Assembly: GCA_051294375.1 (NCBI GenBank)
Contig: CM119270.1
Location: 8,228,839-8,292,838 of the forward strand
Reading direction: 5' to 3'
Source of the DNA: Paraspadella gotoi
Taxonomy: Eukaryota > Animalia > Chaetognatha
Length of the DNA: 64,000 nt
Made by a program: the position numbers and the translations under genes. Of the stretch, positions 23,001-35,010 are shown piece by piece. Numbering within the stretch: position 1 is the stretch's first letter; the number at the start of each line of letters is the position of its first letter. Under the pieces are notes generated by a model. That model was given only the letters and a program-made list of their open reading frames with translations. It did no database searches and was not told where the DNA came from.

Positions 23001-26000
23001 GTCATTTGTTTTTCTTCTCAGGCCTCTTCGTCCCCATGGCCAACGCGACGGGCGCTACTTCCGGTTTCGTCGTCGCTACCCTCTTTATCATTTGGGTCGT
23101 CGTCGGGTCACAGGCATGGCTTTTGGAGGAGGGTGGGGGCAGGCATGGCTTTTGGAGGAGGGTGGGGGCAGGCAAGGCTTTTGGAGGAGGGTGGGGCAGG
23201 CATGGCTTTGGAGGATGGGTGGGGCAGGCATGGCTTTGGAGGAGGGTGGGCAGGCATGGCTTTTGGACGAGGGTGGGGGCAGGCATGGCTTTTGGAGGAG
23301 GTGGGGGCAGGCAAGGCTTTTGTGAGGAGGGTGGGGCAGGCATGGCCTTTTGAGGAGGGTGGTGGGCAGGCAGGCTTTTGGAGAGGGTGGGGGCAGGCAT
23401 GGCTTTTGGAGATGGGCAGCATGCTTTTGGAGGAGGGTGGGGCAGGCATGGCCTTTGGAGGAGGGTGGGGGCAGGCATTGCTTTTGGAGGAGAGGTGGGG
23501 CAGGCATGGCTTTTGGAGGAGGGTGGGGCAGGCATGGCTTTTGTGAGGAGGGTGGGGCAGGCAAGCTTTTTGGAGGAGGGTGGGGGCAGGCATGGCTTTT
23601 GGAGTAGGTGGGGGCAGGCATGGCTTTTGGAGGAGTGGCAGGCATGCCTTTTGGAGGAGGGTGGTGGCAGGCATGGCTTTTGGAGGAGGGTGGGGAGGCA
23701 GGCTTTTGGAGGAGGGGGGGCAGGCATGGCCTTTTGAGGAGGGGTGGGGCAGGCATGGCTTTTGGAGAAGGGTGGGGCAGGCATGGCGCTTTTGGAGGAG
23801 GGTGGGGGCAGGCATGGCTTTTGGAGAGGTGGGGGCAGGCATGGCTTTTGGAGGAGGGTGGGGGCAGGCATGGCTTTTGAGGAGGGTGGGGGCAGGCATG
23901 GCTTTTTGAGGAGGGTGGGGCAGGCATGGCTTTTGGAGGAGGGTGGGGGCAGGCAAGGCTTTTGGAGGAGAGTGGGGGCAGGCATGGCTTTTGAAGGAGG
24001 GTGGGGGCAGGCAAGGCTTTTGAGGAGGGTGGGGGCAGCATGGCTTTTGAGGAGGGTGGGGGCAGGCATGGCTTTTGGAGGAGGGTGGGGCAGGCATGGC
24101 TTTGAGAGGGTGGGGGCAGGCATGGCTTTTGGAGGAGGGTGGGGGCAGGCATGGCTTTTGGAGGAGGGTGGGGGCAGGCATGGCTTTTGGAGGAGGGTGG
24201 GGGCAGATGGCTTTTGGAGGAGGGTGGGGGCAGGATGGCTTTGAGGAGGGTGGGCAGCATGGTTTTGGAGGAGGGTGGGGGCAGGCATGGCTTTTGGAGG
24301 AGGGTGGGGGCAGGCATGGCTTTTGAAGGAGGGTGGGGCAGGCAAGGCTTTTGGAGGAGGGTGGGGGCAGGCATGGCTTTTGAAGGAGGGTGGGGCAGGC
24401 ATGGCTTTTGAAGGAGGGTGGGGCAGCAAGGCTTTTGGAGGAGGGTGGGGCAGGCATGGCTTTTGAGGAGGGTGGGGGCAAGGCAAGGCTTTTGGAGGAG
24501 GGTGGGGGCAGGCATGGCTTTTGAGGAGGGGGGAGCATGGCTTTTGGAGGAGAGGTAGGAGGGTGGGGCAGGCATGGCTTTTGAAGGAGGGTGGGGGCAG
24601 GCATGGCTTTTGAGGAGGGTCGGGGCAGGCAAGGCTTTTGGAGGAGGGTGGGGGCAGGCAAGGCTTTTGGAGGAGGGTGGGGGCAGGCAAGGCTTTTGGA
24701 GGAGGTGGGGGCAGGCAGCTTTGAGGAGGGTGGGGCAGGCAAGGCTTTTGGAGGAGGTGGGCAGCAAGGCTTTTGGAGGAGGGTGGGGCAGGCAAGGCTT
24801 TTGGAGGAGGGTGGGGGCAGGATGGCTTTTGGAGGAGGGTGGGGGCAGGATGGCTTTTGAGGAGGGTGGGGGCAGGCATGGCTTTTGGAGGAGGGTGGGG
24901 CAGGCATGGCTTTTGGAGGAGGGTGGGGGCAGGCATGGCTTTTGGAGGAGGGTGGGGCAGGCAGGCTTTTGAGGAGGGTGGGGGCAGGCAAGGCTTTTGG
25001 AGGAGGGTGGGGGCAGGCATGGCTTTTGGAGGAGGGTGGGCAGGCATGGCTTTTGAAGGAGGTGGGGCAGGCATGGCTTTTGGAGGAGGTGGGGCAGGCA
25101 AGGCTTTTGGAGGAGGGTGGGGGCAGGCAAGGCTTTGGAGGAGGGGGGCAGGCATGGCTTTTGGAGGAGGGTGGGGGCAGGCATGGCTTTTGAAGGAGGG
25201 TGGGGCAGGCAAGGTTTGGAGGAGGGTGGGGGCAGGCATGGCTTTTAGAGAGGGGGAGGCATGGCTTTTGGAGGAGGGTGGGGGGCAGGCATGGCTTTTG
25301 GAGGAGGGTGGGGCAGGCATGGCTTTTGGAGGAGGGTGGGGGGCAGGCATGGCTTTTGGAGGAGGGTGGGGGCAGGTATGGCTTTTGGAGGAGGGTGGGG
25401 GGCAGGATGGCTTTTGGAGGAGGGTGGGGGCAGGCATGGCTTTTGGAGGAGGGTGGGGGCAGGCATGGCTTTTGGAGGAGGGTGGGGGCAGGCATGGCTT
25501 TTGGAGGAGGGTGGGGGCAGGCATGGCTTTTGGAGGAGGGTGGGGCAGGCATGGCTTTGAGGAGGGTGGGGGCAGGCATGGCTTTTGGAGGAGGGTGGGG
25601 GCAGGCATGGCTTTTGGAGGAGGGTGGGGCAGGCATGGCTTTTGAAGGAGGGTGGGGGCAGGCAAGGCTTTTGGAGGAGGTGGGGGCAGGCATGGCTTTT
25701 GAGAGGAGGTGGGGGCAGGCATGGCTTTTGAAGAGGGTGGGGGCAGGCATGGCTTTTGGAGGAGGATGGGGGCAGGCATGGCTTTTGGAGGGGTGGGGGC
25801 AGGCAAGGCTTTTGGAGGAGGGTGGGGGCAGGCATGGCTTTTTGAAGGAGGGTGGGGGCAGGCATGGCTTTTGAAAGGAGGGTGGGGCAGCATGGCTTTT
25901 GAAGGAGGGTGGGGCAGGCATGGCTTTTGAAGGAGGGTGGGGCAGGCAAGGCTTTTGGAGGAGGGGGGGCAGGCAAGGGCTTTTGGAGGAGGGTGGGCAG

Positions 26001-27769
26001 GCAAGGCTTTTGGAGGAGGGTGGGGCAGGCAAGGCTTTTGGAGGAGGGTGGGGGCAGGCAAGGCTTTTGGAGGAGGGTGGGGGCAGGCAGGCTTTTGGAG
26101 GAGGGTGGGGCAGCAAGGCTTTGAGGAGGGTGGGGCAGGCAAGGCTTTTGGAGGAGGGTGGGGGCAGGCAAGGCTTTTGGAGGAGGGTGGGGGCAGGCAA
26201 GGCTTTTTGGAGGAGGGTAGGGGCAGGCATGGCTTTGGAGGAGGGTGGGGCAGCAAGGCTTTTGAAGGAGGGTGGGGGCAGGCATGGCTTTTGGAGGAGG
26301 TGGGGCAGCATGGCTTTTGGAGGAGGGTGGGGGCAGGCAAGGCTTTTGGAGGAGGAGTGGGGGCAGGCAAGCTTTTGGAAGGAGGTGGGGGCAGGCAGGC
26401 TTTTTGGAGAGGGTGGGGGCAGGCAAGCTTTTGAGGAGGGTGGGGGCAGGCATGGCTTTTGAAGGAGGTGGGGGCAGCATGGCTTTTTGAAGAGGGTGGG
26501 GCAGGCATGCTTTTGGAGGAGGGTGGGGGCAAGGCAAGGCTTTTGGAGGAGGGTGGGGGCAGGCATGGCTTTGAAAGGAGGAGGGGGGCAGCATGGCTTT
26601 TGAGGAGGAGGGGGGTAGGCGGGGGATTGGGTTTTGATTCTGTGGAATCAACTTCATCGTGAGAACAGATTCCGAAATATTTACCAACAGTTTGGGACAA
26701 ATATTTGTCAGTTGTCATTACAAAACTTGCGGGTCCCAAACGAATGACAATGGCAGCAATTTTATGTCTACCTCCACTCCATTTTACCTGAAACAAATCG
26801 CAAGTTTCCCTCATTCCTTTCTCAGATCTACAAACCCCCGAAGACTCTCCTCTGCGCGTCGACGATCCACTGCGGCGACTTCGAAGGCCTCATCAATTTC
26901 AACGCGTCCCTCGTCGAGAGGATATCTTGCGATCGACCTCGGGTCCCTCCCAACGTGGAAGGGTACGAAGGATTGGCCATCTATCGAATATCTTACATGT
27001 GGTAAGTGAACGTTTGAACTGACTGTGAGGAGGGGGGACGACAGGGATGCATCCAGTCATTCTGTTAGTATGGCTTTACCCCTATGGTGGACTAAAATAC
27101 ACCAACCGTTCATCAGCGGCCATTGGTGCCGGAGGCAAGTCATTCGCCTCCCAACCAAAAGGTCCGGGGTTCTTGCCTGGTGGTCGTCTGGCAGTTAAGA
27201 GGGACGGGGCGCTTAACCCGCCTGTAACTCGGTGTTACAGCCTGATCCGAAGCTCAGGACTGCTTATATTGAACGGTTCTGTCATTAACACATACCAATA
27301 ATTACTGTCTCTTCACCCCAAAGTTTTTTTCCTGAGTTTCCCTTTTTTTCCGGAACATTGAATCCCGCGATAAGATAGCGGTCATTTACGTAATCAACCG
27401 GTCACTTTTTTGGACTGACCGATCCGATTAGCACCTTAGACTTAAAGCGTGAGCCGATTCCACTATTGCTGCGCTGCTGCCTGAAACCTTGTTTTCCATC
27501 GCATTTTGGAAATCTTTGCATTTTCTCAATGGCCCGATTCAAGGTACGTTCCCATCTCCTGTCTCGTCGTCGTCGTCGTCGCCGTCGCCGTCACCCTCGC
27601 CGGCGGACGACGTCGGTGGGCGTCGCCGGATGCGCACCTCCTGTCGCCGGTCGTGGGACGATTTCTGAGAAATGCGGAAACAAAAGATCAAAATGGAAAG
27701 AAAGCGGGAAATACAAACGAGGCGGTGGAGACGGAGGAAGAAGGATATGAGAATACGAGCGCCGTTTGA
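20030..27769 (+). CDS. SLC5 sodium:solute symporter (SMCT/SMVT/NIS subgroup), 11 exons
   Basis: Exons 20030-20121, 20392-20545, 20783-20906, 21112-21284, 21631-21873, 22087-22216, 22390-22568, 22746-22941, 23022-23113, 26826-27001 and 27544-27769. Motifs: EEFLMADR, PVALSLLASFISA, SAYEYLEIRF, GGIKAVMWTD, NQAQVQR, SLSTISSGLNS, YRISYMWY. Confidence 0.93.
23113..26612 (+). repeat. G-rich minisatellite, ~29-bp unit GGCA(T/A)GGCTTTTGGAGGAGGGTGGGGGCA, roughly 120 copies
   Basis: Directly visible tandem array filling SLC5 intron 9. Variation is mostly in homopolymer length. Confidence 0.97.
27085..27315 (+). mobile_element. Family-1 tRNA/twister element, copy D (full length, sense in last SLC5 intron)
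   Basis: 5' hairpin, then a tRNA-like head at 27116-27188 (A-box-like TGGTGCCGGAGG, CTCCCAA loop, B-box-like GGTTCTTGCC), then the twister, then a tail ending CTGTCTCTTCA. Confidence 0.88.
27191..27263 (+). ncRNA. Twister ribozyme, type P5 permutation
   Basis: GCAGUU-AA-GAGG-GA-CGG-GGCGCU-U^AA-CCC-GC-CUGUAAC..GUUACAG-CCUGA-UCCGAAGC-UCAGG-ACUGC. Predicted cleavage is between 27214 and 27215. Confidence 0.75.
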
Positions 27770-28330
27770 GGAACGGTTTCGTTTTTGGGGGAGGATTGTT
27801 TTGTTGGGTGATTAGTTTTGTTTCTCTTATTCAGCGGATAAGTACGTTTTGGTTTTGTGTTTTGTTTTGAGGACCAGAATTGCTGGTAAAACGTTTTTGT
27901 ATGTATAATTGCATATTGCATAACTCAAACCCCCAATTTTATGAATAAGTGTTTCTTGTCATTGAAATAAGTTAATTTGTGTTTTAAATAGAATAATTTG
28001 GTACAAACAAATTTATATATGAAATTGGTACAACCAATATAAAAAATTAATAAATAAGCCATTTTGTCCCTGACTTTGGACTGCATATTAACTTTTACAC
28101 TGTTTGTGAGTCGAAAAATAATATTAATTATACCAGTTGACGTTTTATTTCTTTATTTCTTTATATATATTAAGACAAACTAGTTTTATTCCGGTAATTA
28201 TGTAAGTCATGGTGTCATACAGTAGTTAATACTAAATAATAATAAATAATATTGGTAAAAGCCCTTTGAATAATAATCGTAATCAAGAGCGTCATCATCC
28301 TCGTCATCTTAATAATTTTCATGGTAAACA

Positions 28331-28397
<67 letters not shown>

Positions 28398-28914
28398 AGC
28401 CTAGAATCTAGGTTAAGGAGGAAAACTAGGTTAAGTCTGGAAGACTTTTCCTTTGCCGAAAGGAATTGCGTCTTTCGTTCGGGAAGGACGCGAAAGTCAC
28501 GCGAAACGGACAACAACAACGACGAAAACAACAACAGCAAGAAGCAATAACAATAAACAGACGCAATAAAGTAAAAATGAACAACAGTTTCGAAGTTTTA
28601 TTTTCTTTCTTTCGTTACATTTTATACTTTCTCGCACCTGCCTTTTCTTTCCCTTTTTATTTTTTTTTTTCTTTCCCATAACCTCACTTATTTTTACTTT
28701 TACGATTTTCTTTATCTATTTCTTATTTCTCTTTCTGTGAATGCCTGCTGCTGACTTTACTTTTTTTCTTATTGTTCCTTTCTTTGACTTTGCATCTATT
28801 TTTTTTTTCATATTTACTAATTCTATCCGTTGCTTTTCTTGGTGACAAAAATAGTTTTTAAAAAAAATTTGTATCATTTCCCATTTAACCTTCGACGCCA
28901 GACGCTGCCTCTGG

Positions 28915-29060
28915 GTATCCCGACCAATCGTAAACGACCGACGCGTCTCGCCGACCAATCACAGTTGCGCGTGGGCGGAGTTTCCAGTCAGTCAGCTGCC
29001 CATCTCAACGTTTGATTGGTCGACGAAACGACGGAAGGGCCGCGCCCGTTGGTCGGGATT
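28915..29060. promoter_or_regulatory. Cluster of CCAAT boxes in a GC-rich patch (candidate promoter/enhancer upstream of SoxC)
   Basis: CGACCAATC occurs at ~28921 and ~28952. GATTGGTCG is at ~29014 and GGGCGG at ~28973. Confidence 0.35.
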
Positions 29061-29089
29061 CGTTTGACCGTCGACGACTTAGGGCGCCG

Positions 29090-29126
<37 letters not shown>

Positions 29127-29539
29127 TTATTTCCGAATAAGATGGAACGAGTCAAAGTCGGCGTTTTCGTTTTCGTCGAAAAAAAAAAAGAAAAAGAAAA
29201 TAAGCGTCGCTACTACAATAGAAAAAAAGAGCAATATAATCGCTAAAGCTATTTTATAGGACGACGACGACGACGACCACAACGACAAGAGTAACGAAGA
29301 CGACGACGATGACGACGCAACAATCGAAATCGAACGCGACAGAAAAAAAGTAAAACTTCGAAATGATAGAAAAGACGAAGACGACGACGAAAAAGACGAC
29401 GTCGAGGATTGCGAATTGATGACGACGGCGACGACGATGTGAAAGACGACGGCGACGATGACGACGACGCCGCGGTCGCGTTACGAAGATTGACAAAGAG
29501 AGAGTCGTGGGTTTTGAATGGCGCGTCTGAAAGACAAAC

Positions 29540-29570
<31 letters not shown>

Positions 29571-31148
29571 CATCAACGGCGGCGTTTCCCTTCGCTTCAT
29601 TCTCTCGTCCCCCGGTGGGAGAAAAAAGGGGAAGATCTTCTCTGTCTCTCGCAATCTCTCTTCGTCTCTCTGTCTCTGTCTCTGTCGCCGTCTTTTATTC
29701 GAGACGTCTTTCTCTCTCACTGTCTCGATGGCACTTTCCAGGCCGACCAGCAAACGAGGACAGATGACGACGACAACAACGACGTTATTGATGGCGACGA
29801 CAAACAATAAAGTTGAAAATTTAAAGATTTTTATATATGTATATATATGCTACTTTAGTTACTTTTAATTTACAAACTTCTTTTCTAATTATTTTGCTAT
29901 ATTTTTTTTTAGCTTACTCGCCAAACAACTTTCATTGCTGAACTATCAAAAATACCATAAAGAAAAAAGCGAAATATTCGGGTTTCATCCATAATTAATT
30001 TCCTTTAATTTTCATTTAATTTTTGTAGACAAATTTTTAAAATTCCTTATTAGAGTAATGATAGTTACTTCACTGAATAATAACTGCGACACATTCTTAC
30101 TTATGGCAAATATACATTTTTGTTAACGCCTAAAATTCTGTAGTCTTTCGCAACAGAGGAAAAAGAGGAAGAAGCGGCAAATTCGGTGGTGGCGGAAAAA
30201 AAGCGCGAGTCAGTAATTAAATTCGAAACCTTTCACGTTATTTCTCCGTGAATTCACGTGAATTCGCGTGAACGTCACAACGAATCACAAGAGCGAAAAA
30301 TGACTCTTTCGACGTCGCCGAATTCGTCTCGTTCCTTCGCGCGGAAAAACTTGAGCCTCTTTGTCCCCCTCGCTTCTCCGAGTTTAACCGCGAGAGTTAA
30401 ACTACTTTTCAAAACTGAGCGAACGATTCTTCCGCTATCTTTTCGTTTCCATGGTAACCGTCAAGAAAGAAGCCGAATGGTTTCAACGGCAACCAGCAAC
30501 CTCATCGCTAATCGAAACAAAAATATTAACATTGCTAAAATAACTCTCCTATAAAACGTTAAACGCTGCTACATAGGTAAACTAACTTTTACTATACCTT
30601 TGTCTTTTTTAAAAATTTTTTTAATCCACAAAATATATTAAGTTAAAGAATCGATTTCAATGTCCATCTTAGGTGTTCAATCCCAACTTCAATCACTGTT
30701 CATCCCAACTTTTTAAAAGTTTACAGGATAAAATATACAGAAAAAAAAAATAAAACATAAAATATTAAATATACAGAATATAGCATATACCTCTATGATT
30801 TAATTAAATTATAATATCTTTCACCAGAATTAATCTAACAATTTTTTTAGTTAAATTTTCAATTTTTTTATCCTTCTTATACATCAGTAAATCTTTACAT
30901 TATATTTTTTTTCATTTTTTCAATCATTCAATCACTTATATTTGTTTATTAATTTATCGTCCCCATCATTATCATCATCATCATCATCGGCATCATCTGG
31001 GAAGACTCATAAAATTAACCCTACTTTAACGGCTTTGATCCAGTCTCTCGCTCAGAGTCGCCATTTCTGAAGCCAAAGGAGTAACGAATTGCCCTACTTT
31101 TCTTCAGCTCTCTCTCTCTCCTCTCTCTCTCTCCTCTCTCCTCTCTCT

Positions 31149-31192
<44 letters not shown>

Positions 31193-31989
31193 CCTTCTTC
31201 TCGCCCCGACGGCCATTTCTGCTCACGAGCCTTCAGTCATCCAAACGCTAAAGAAAAAAAAATGGCGTCGTTCGTCGTCGTCTTCGCCGTTTTTCCCGCC
31301 TTCGCTCATCGTCCTTCGACCGCCCTTATCTTCTACCTCCTCCCCAACCTTACCCTCGTCGCTGCAACAACCTTCCCTTACCTTCTCTCTTTTCCCCACT
31401 CTCTCGCTCTCTCACGTCGCGCCATTCTTCGTCGTCATTGACGTCGTCGTCGACGAGACAACGCCGACGCCTCCCACACTCACCGCCCGGGCTTCTCTTT
31501 CCCAGGCCTCGACTCTCGCCTCCCGGGATTCCTTCTTCGCGACCTCGCCTCTTCAAACTTACCCTCTTTCTCTCGGGCCTCAACTTACCCGCGCTTCGTC
31601 GAACCGTCTTTCCCTTACCATCGCTACCCAGTCTCCTCCGCGCGAGACCTCACCTTACCTCATTTTTCTCTCTTCCCCCAAGTCGACTTACCCGTCTTCA
31701 CTTACCTCGACTTCCGCCGCCCGGGCTTCTTCGTCCAAGGACGGTTCCCCGCGGATTGACTCCGCCTCGTCTCCTTTCCTTTCCGCTTTCCCGCTCACTT
31801 ACCCTTTTACTTATCCGGGTGCTTCTGCCAAGTTTATTAACTCACCTTCCTTGCCTGCCGCTTCGGACGCTCATATTTTTTGCCGCTCCTTCGTCCTCCA
31901 TGACAAACGACGACAACAACAACAACAACAACCTTCTTCCCGTCCACTCCCTTCGCCTCGCAACCTTCTCCTCCCTCAGTTCCAACGTC

Positions 31990-33039
31990 ATGTCTAATTT
32001 CGAGGCTTTCCGAGTCTTCAACGTTCCCCTCTTCTCGTCCGATTCCGCCCTGCCTCCTTCCCTGCCTCCCATGTCTCCATCTCTCGCCGCCTCCCTGTCT
32101 CCCTCCCTCGCTGCTCCCTTCTCTCCGTCCCTGCCTTCCTCCCTGCCTTCCTCGGATCCACTGGCTTCCTCTTTGTCGTCGTCGTCGTTGTTTCAAACAG
32201 AATTCTTCGGCGAGGATTTTTGCGTCGCTGGTAAGAGGAAAGTTTTCTGTGAGGCGTGTGAAGTTGTTTTCGGTGGCTTGATCTCTGTGATTGATTGTCT
32301 ATATCTGTTTGAAAATATTAGTTTTGAAAAGAATTTTATAAATTTACTCGGTATTTTTTTTAAAAAAGTCCCTAAAAATGCAGCGACAGGAATTGTAAAC
32401 AAAAGCAAAGTTTTATTTGGGTTACAACGACGGACATGTTTCGTCACGGAAATAAAAGATTGGGTAGGAAGTGAAAGCCTAAATAGAAAATCTACATAAA
32501 ATTATATAAATTATTCGTTTTTAAATATAATATCGTTCATCTAAAATGAATTAACTTTTTCCTCATTTTAATTTCAGATCCTTCTCCTCCTCCTGTTCCT
32601 CTTCATCATCCCACTCCTCCTCCTCTTCCTCTCCCCACGAACTTCGGCTCTTTCGCCGTCGCCGCCAACTCCTCCACGCCCTACAGCGACGCCACCCAAT
32701 GTCGAAAACGCGCCGCCCACGTCAAGCGACCCATGAATGCCTTCATGGTGAGGGTTTTTTTGTCTGTGAAATGTCGGTGAGATTAAAATGGTAAAAAGGA
32801 TTATTAAAGCTTGGGCGATGATTTATATTTAATCACTATCACTATATTTATAAAAAAGATTCCTATTAGGAATTGGAGAAAAAAAAATAAAGTATTAAAA
32901 AAAAAGGAAAAAAAAGTCTTTGAAAGGAGAGAATAAACATTAGGGAACTACGAGGAAGAACTCTGAACCATTAAAGAAAGAAAATTGCGGAAAGAAAAGA
33001 GTTGGTTACAAAAAAAGAAGAAGGAAAGAGAGAAGAGAG

Positions 33040-33118
<79 letters not shown>

Positions 33119-33254
33119 GAAGTTCGAGAAGGGAGGAATGTTCTGTGTGATGAGTGAATCGCTATTACTGATGAAGGATCAAAGTAAATCACCCGGGATG
33201 GGATTTTGAATGGGATGCTAAGAGAAGAGAAGAGAGAGAGGAGAGAGAGGAGAG

Positions 33255-33290
<36 letters not shown>

Positions 33291-33621
33291 AGAAGATAAC
33301 AACACCACTTTAGCGAAAGACAAGTGGTCCCAGATTCATGGACGTTGGACAATATTACATTGAACGAACTAGTTGTATGTTTTAACTTCAGTACCCGGAA
33401 TTGATGTGAATGTTCAATATAACGCGTGGGTTGTAAGAAAAAGGAAGCAGACAAAAATTTTCACAAGATAAAGATGAGATGACAAGCGGAAGGGAATTGG
33501 AAAAGAGAAAGAAAAAAAATCTCATCCGAGAGAAAAAATGAGACGCTCCATCACCATACGACAAAAAGAGAAAGAAAGGTGCTTGTTCTGGGAAATAAGA
33601 GAGAGAGAGAGAGAGAGAGAG

Positions 33622-33673
<52 letters not shown>

Positions 33674-34978
33674 ACTGATGAAAAAGGAAAGAAAAAAAAG
33701 AAAGCATAAAAGAAGGAGAGGCAGTGAGGGAAGAGGAGCAGGTCTCACGGGAATGACAAGTGACTACTGGGACCACTGGCGTGGTAGAAAAAAGAAAAGA
33801 AATTTGTGAAACTAAGCGTAAATGGAACCTTGAGACCGGGACGCATATTTTACGACTTACATTTTTTTTAAATGTTTTTTAAAGTATTTAGTTCATAGTT
33901 TTTTTTTCATACAAGGAGGGCCAGGTCTTTTCGAATCAGAGTCGAAACTTGTCTGTCTTATTTTAAATAAAAGAGTTGTTACGTTGAAAACAAATCTCTT
34001 TGATAATTTTTATTTCAAAATTTTGTTAAGGAAGGTTGCGGAAAAATTAGAAAAATGACCATTTTCTGGTCATAATTAGTATCGATCTTAAGACAAAAGC
34101 TCCCAGTTTCAGGAGATAGTTCTATTTTTAAAGAGCTGGACTTCGCGGTATACAGATATGAAGATTCTTTTTCTTTTTTCTCGTTGTTTTCCCTTTTTTT
34201 CTTAATAATATGACAGATATAAAAGTGAATCCGTCATTACGTTATTTTCAAAATATTTCCAATTCGATACTTCGAGTACCCTCGTCTACTTCCAATAACC
34301 ATAGACCACCTTCTAATCTTCACCCCCCCACCCTGCATCAGGTCTGGTCGCAGATCGAACGGCGCAAGATCATCGAAGCGAATCCCGACACCCACAACGC
34401 CCGCATCTCCAAACAGTTGGGAATCCGCTGGCGGCTGCTGTCGGAAGAGCAAAGACGACCCTACGTGGAGGAAGCGGAGAGGCTGCGCCTGCTGCATCTC
34501 AGGTGGAAGGCTGCGTCGGGCGGTCGGGAGGGTGGGTGAAGAAGTGAGTAAGTTAGTATGATGAGGAAAGGGTGGGTTGAGGTAAATAATATATACTGTA
34601 TGCATATTCATTGCGAATATCATTTTGCCGTCATAGTTTTTAATAATTGAGCGAGAATTCTCTGGGTCAAAACTAGCAAGAAATACTAATAGAATTGTAG
34701 TATAAGATGGCAAAATCGTCAAAAATGTCAAAAACATTGGTCGCTTCGTCCAATCATAAAAAATAAAATACTTCGTCACAGAGAATATCCCGACTACAAG
34801 TACCGACCAAAGAAAAAGGCCCCGCGAATTCCCAAAGAGAAGAAACGTCAGAAACGGAAGCAACAGCTGCAAAACAGAGCGGAACAGCAACAACGTCCGC
34901 ATCAGCAACTTTCGCAGCATTTATCGTCTGAGGAAACCGACCCTCTGACCAGCGCACTGAATAAGAGTCAACGACGGT

Positions 34979-35010
<32 letters not shown>

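Noticed and set aside
23113-26612. CRISPR-like 29-bp repeat
   Set aside because: Units are contiguous with no unique spacers, the context is a eukaryotic intron, and there are no cas genes.
23002-26814. Very long Pro-rich ORFs (1270, 1152, 698 aa) and many Gly-rich ORFs
   Set aside because: They are translations of a nearly stop-free intronic minisatellite. All three minus frames are open and drift through indels.
27116-27188. tRNA-Gly(CCC) gene
   Set aside because: The anticodon and D stems pair poorly, the B-box is degenerate, and the sequence is embedded in a dispersed repeat. It is treated as a SINE head.
31089-31997. 302-aa Ser/Pro/Leu-rich ORF upstream of SoxC
   Set aside because: It is pyrimidine-rich, stop-poor sequence with a non-ATG start, likely 5' UTR. 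An N-terminal extension cannot be excluded.
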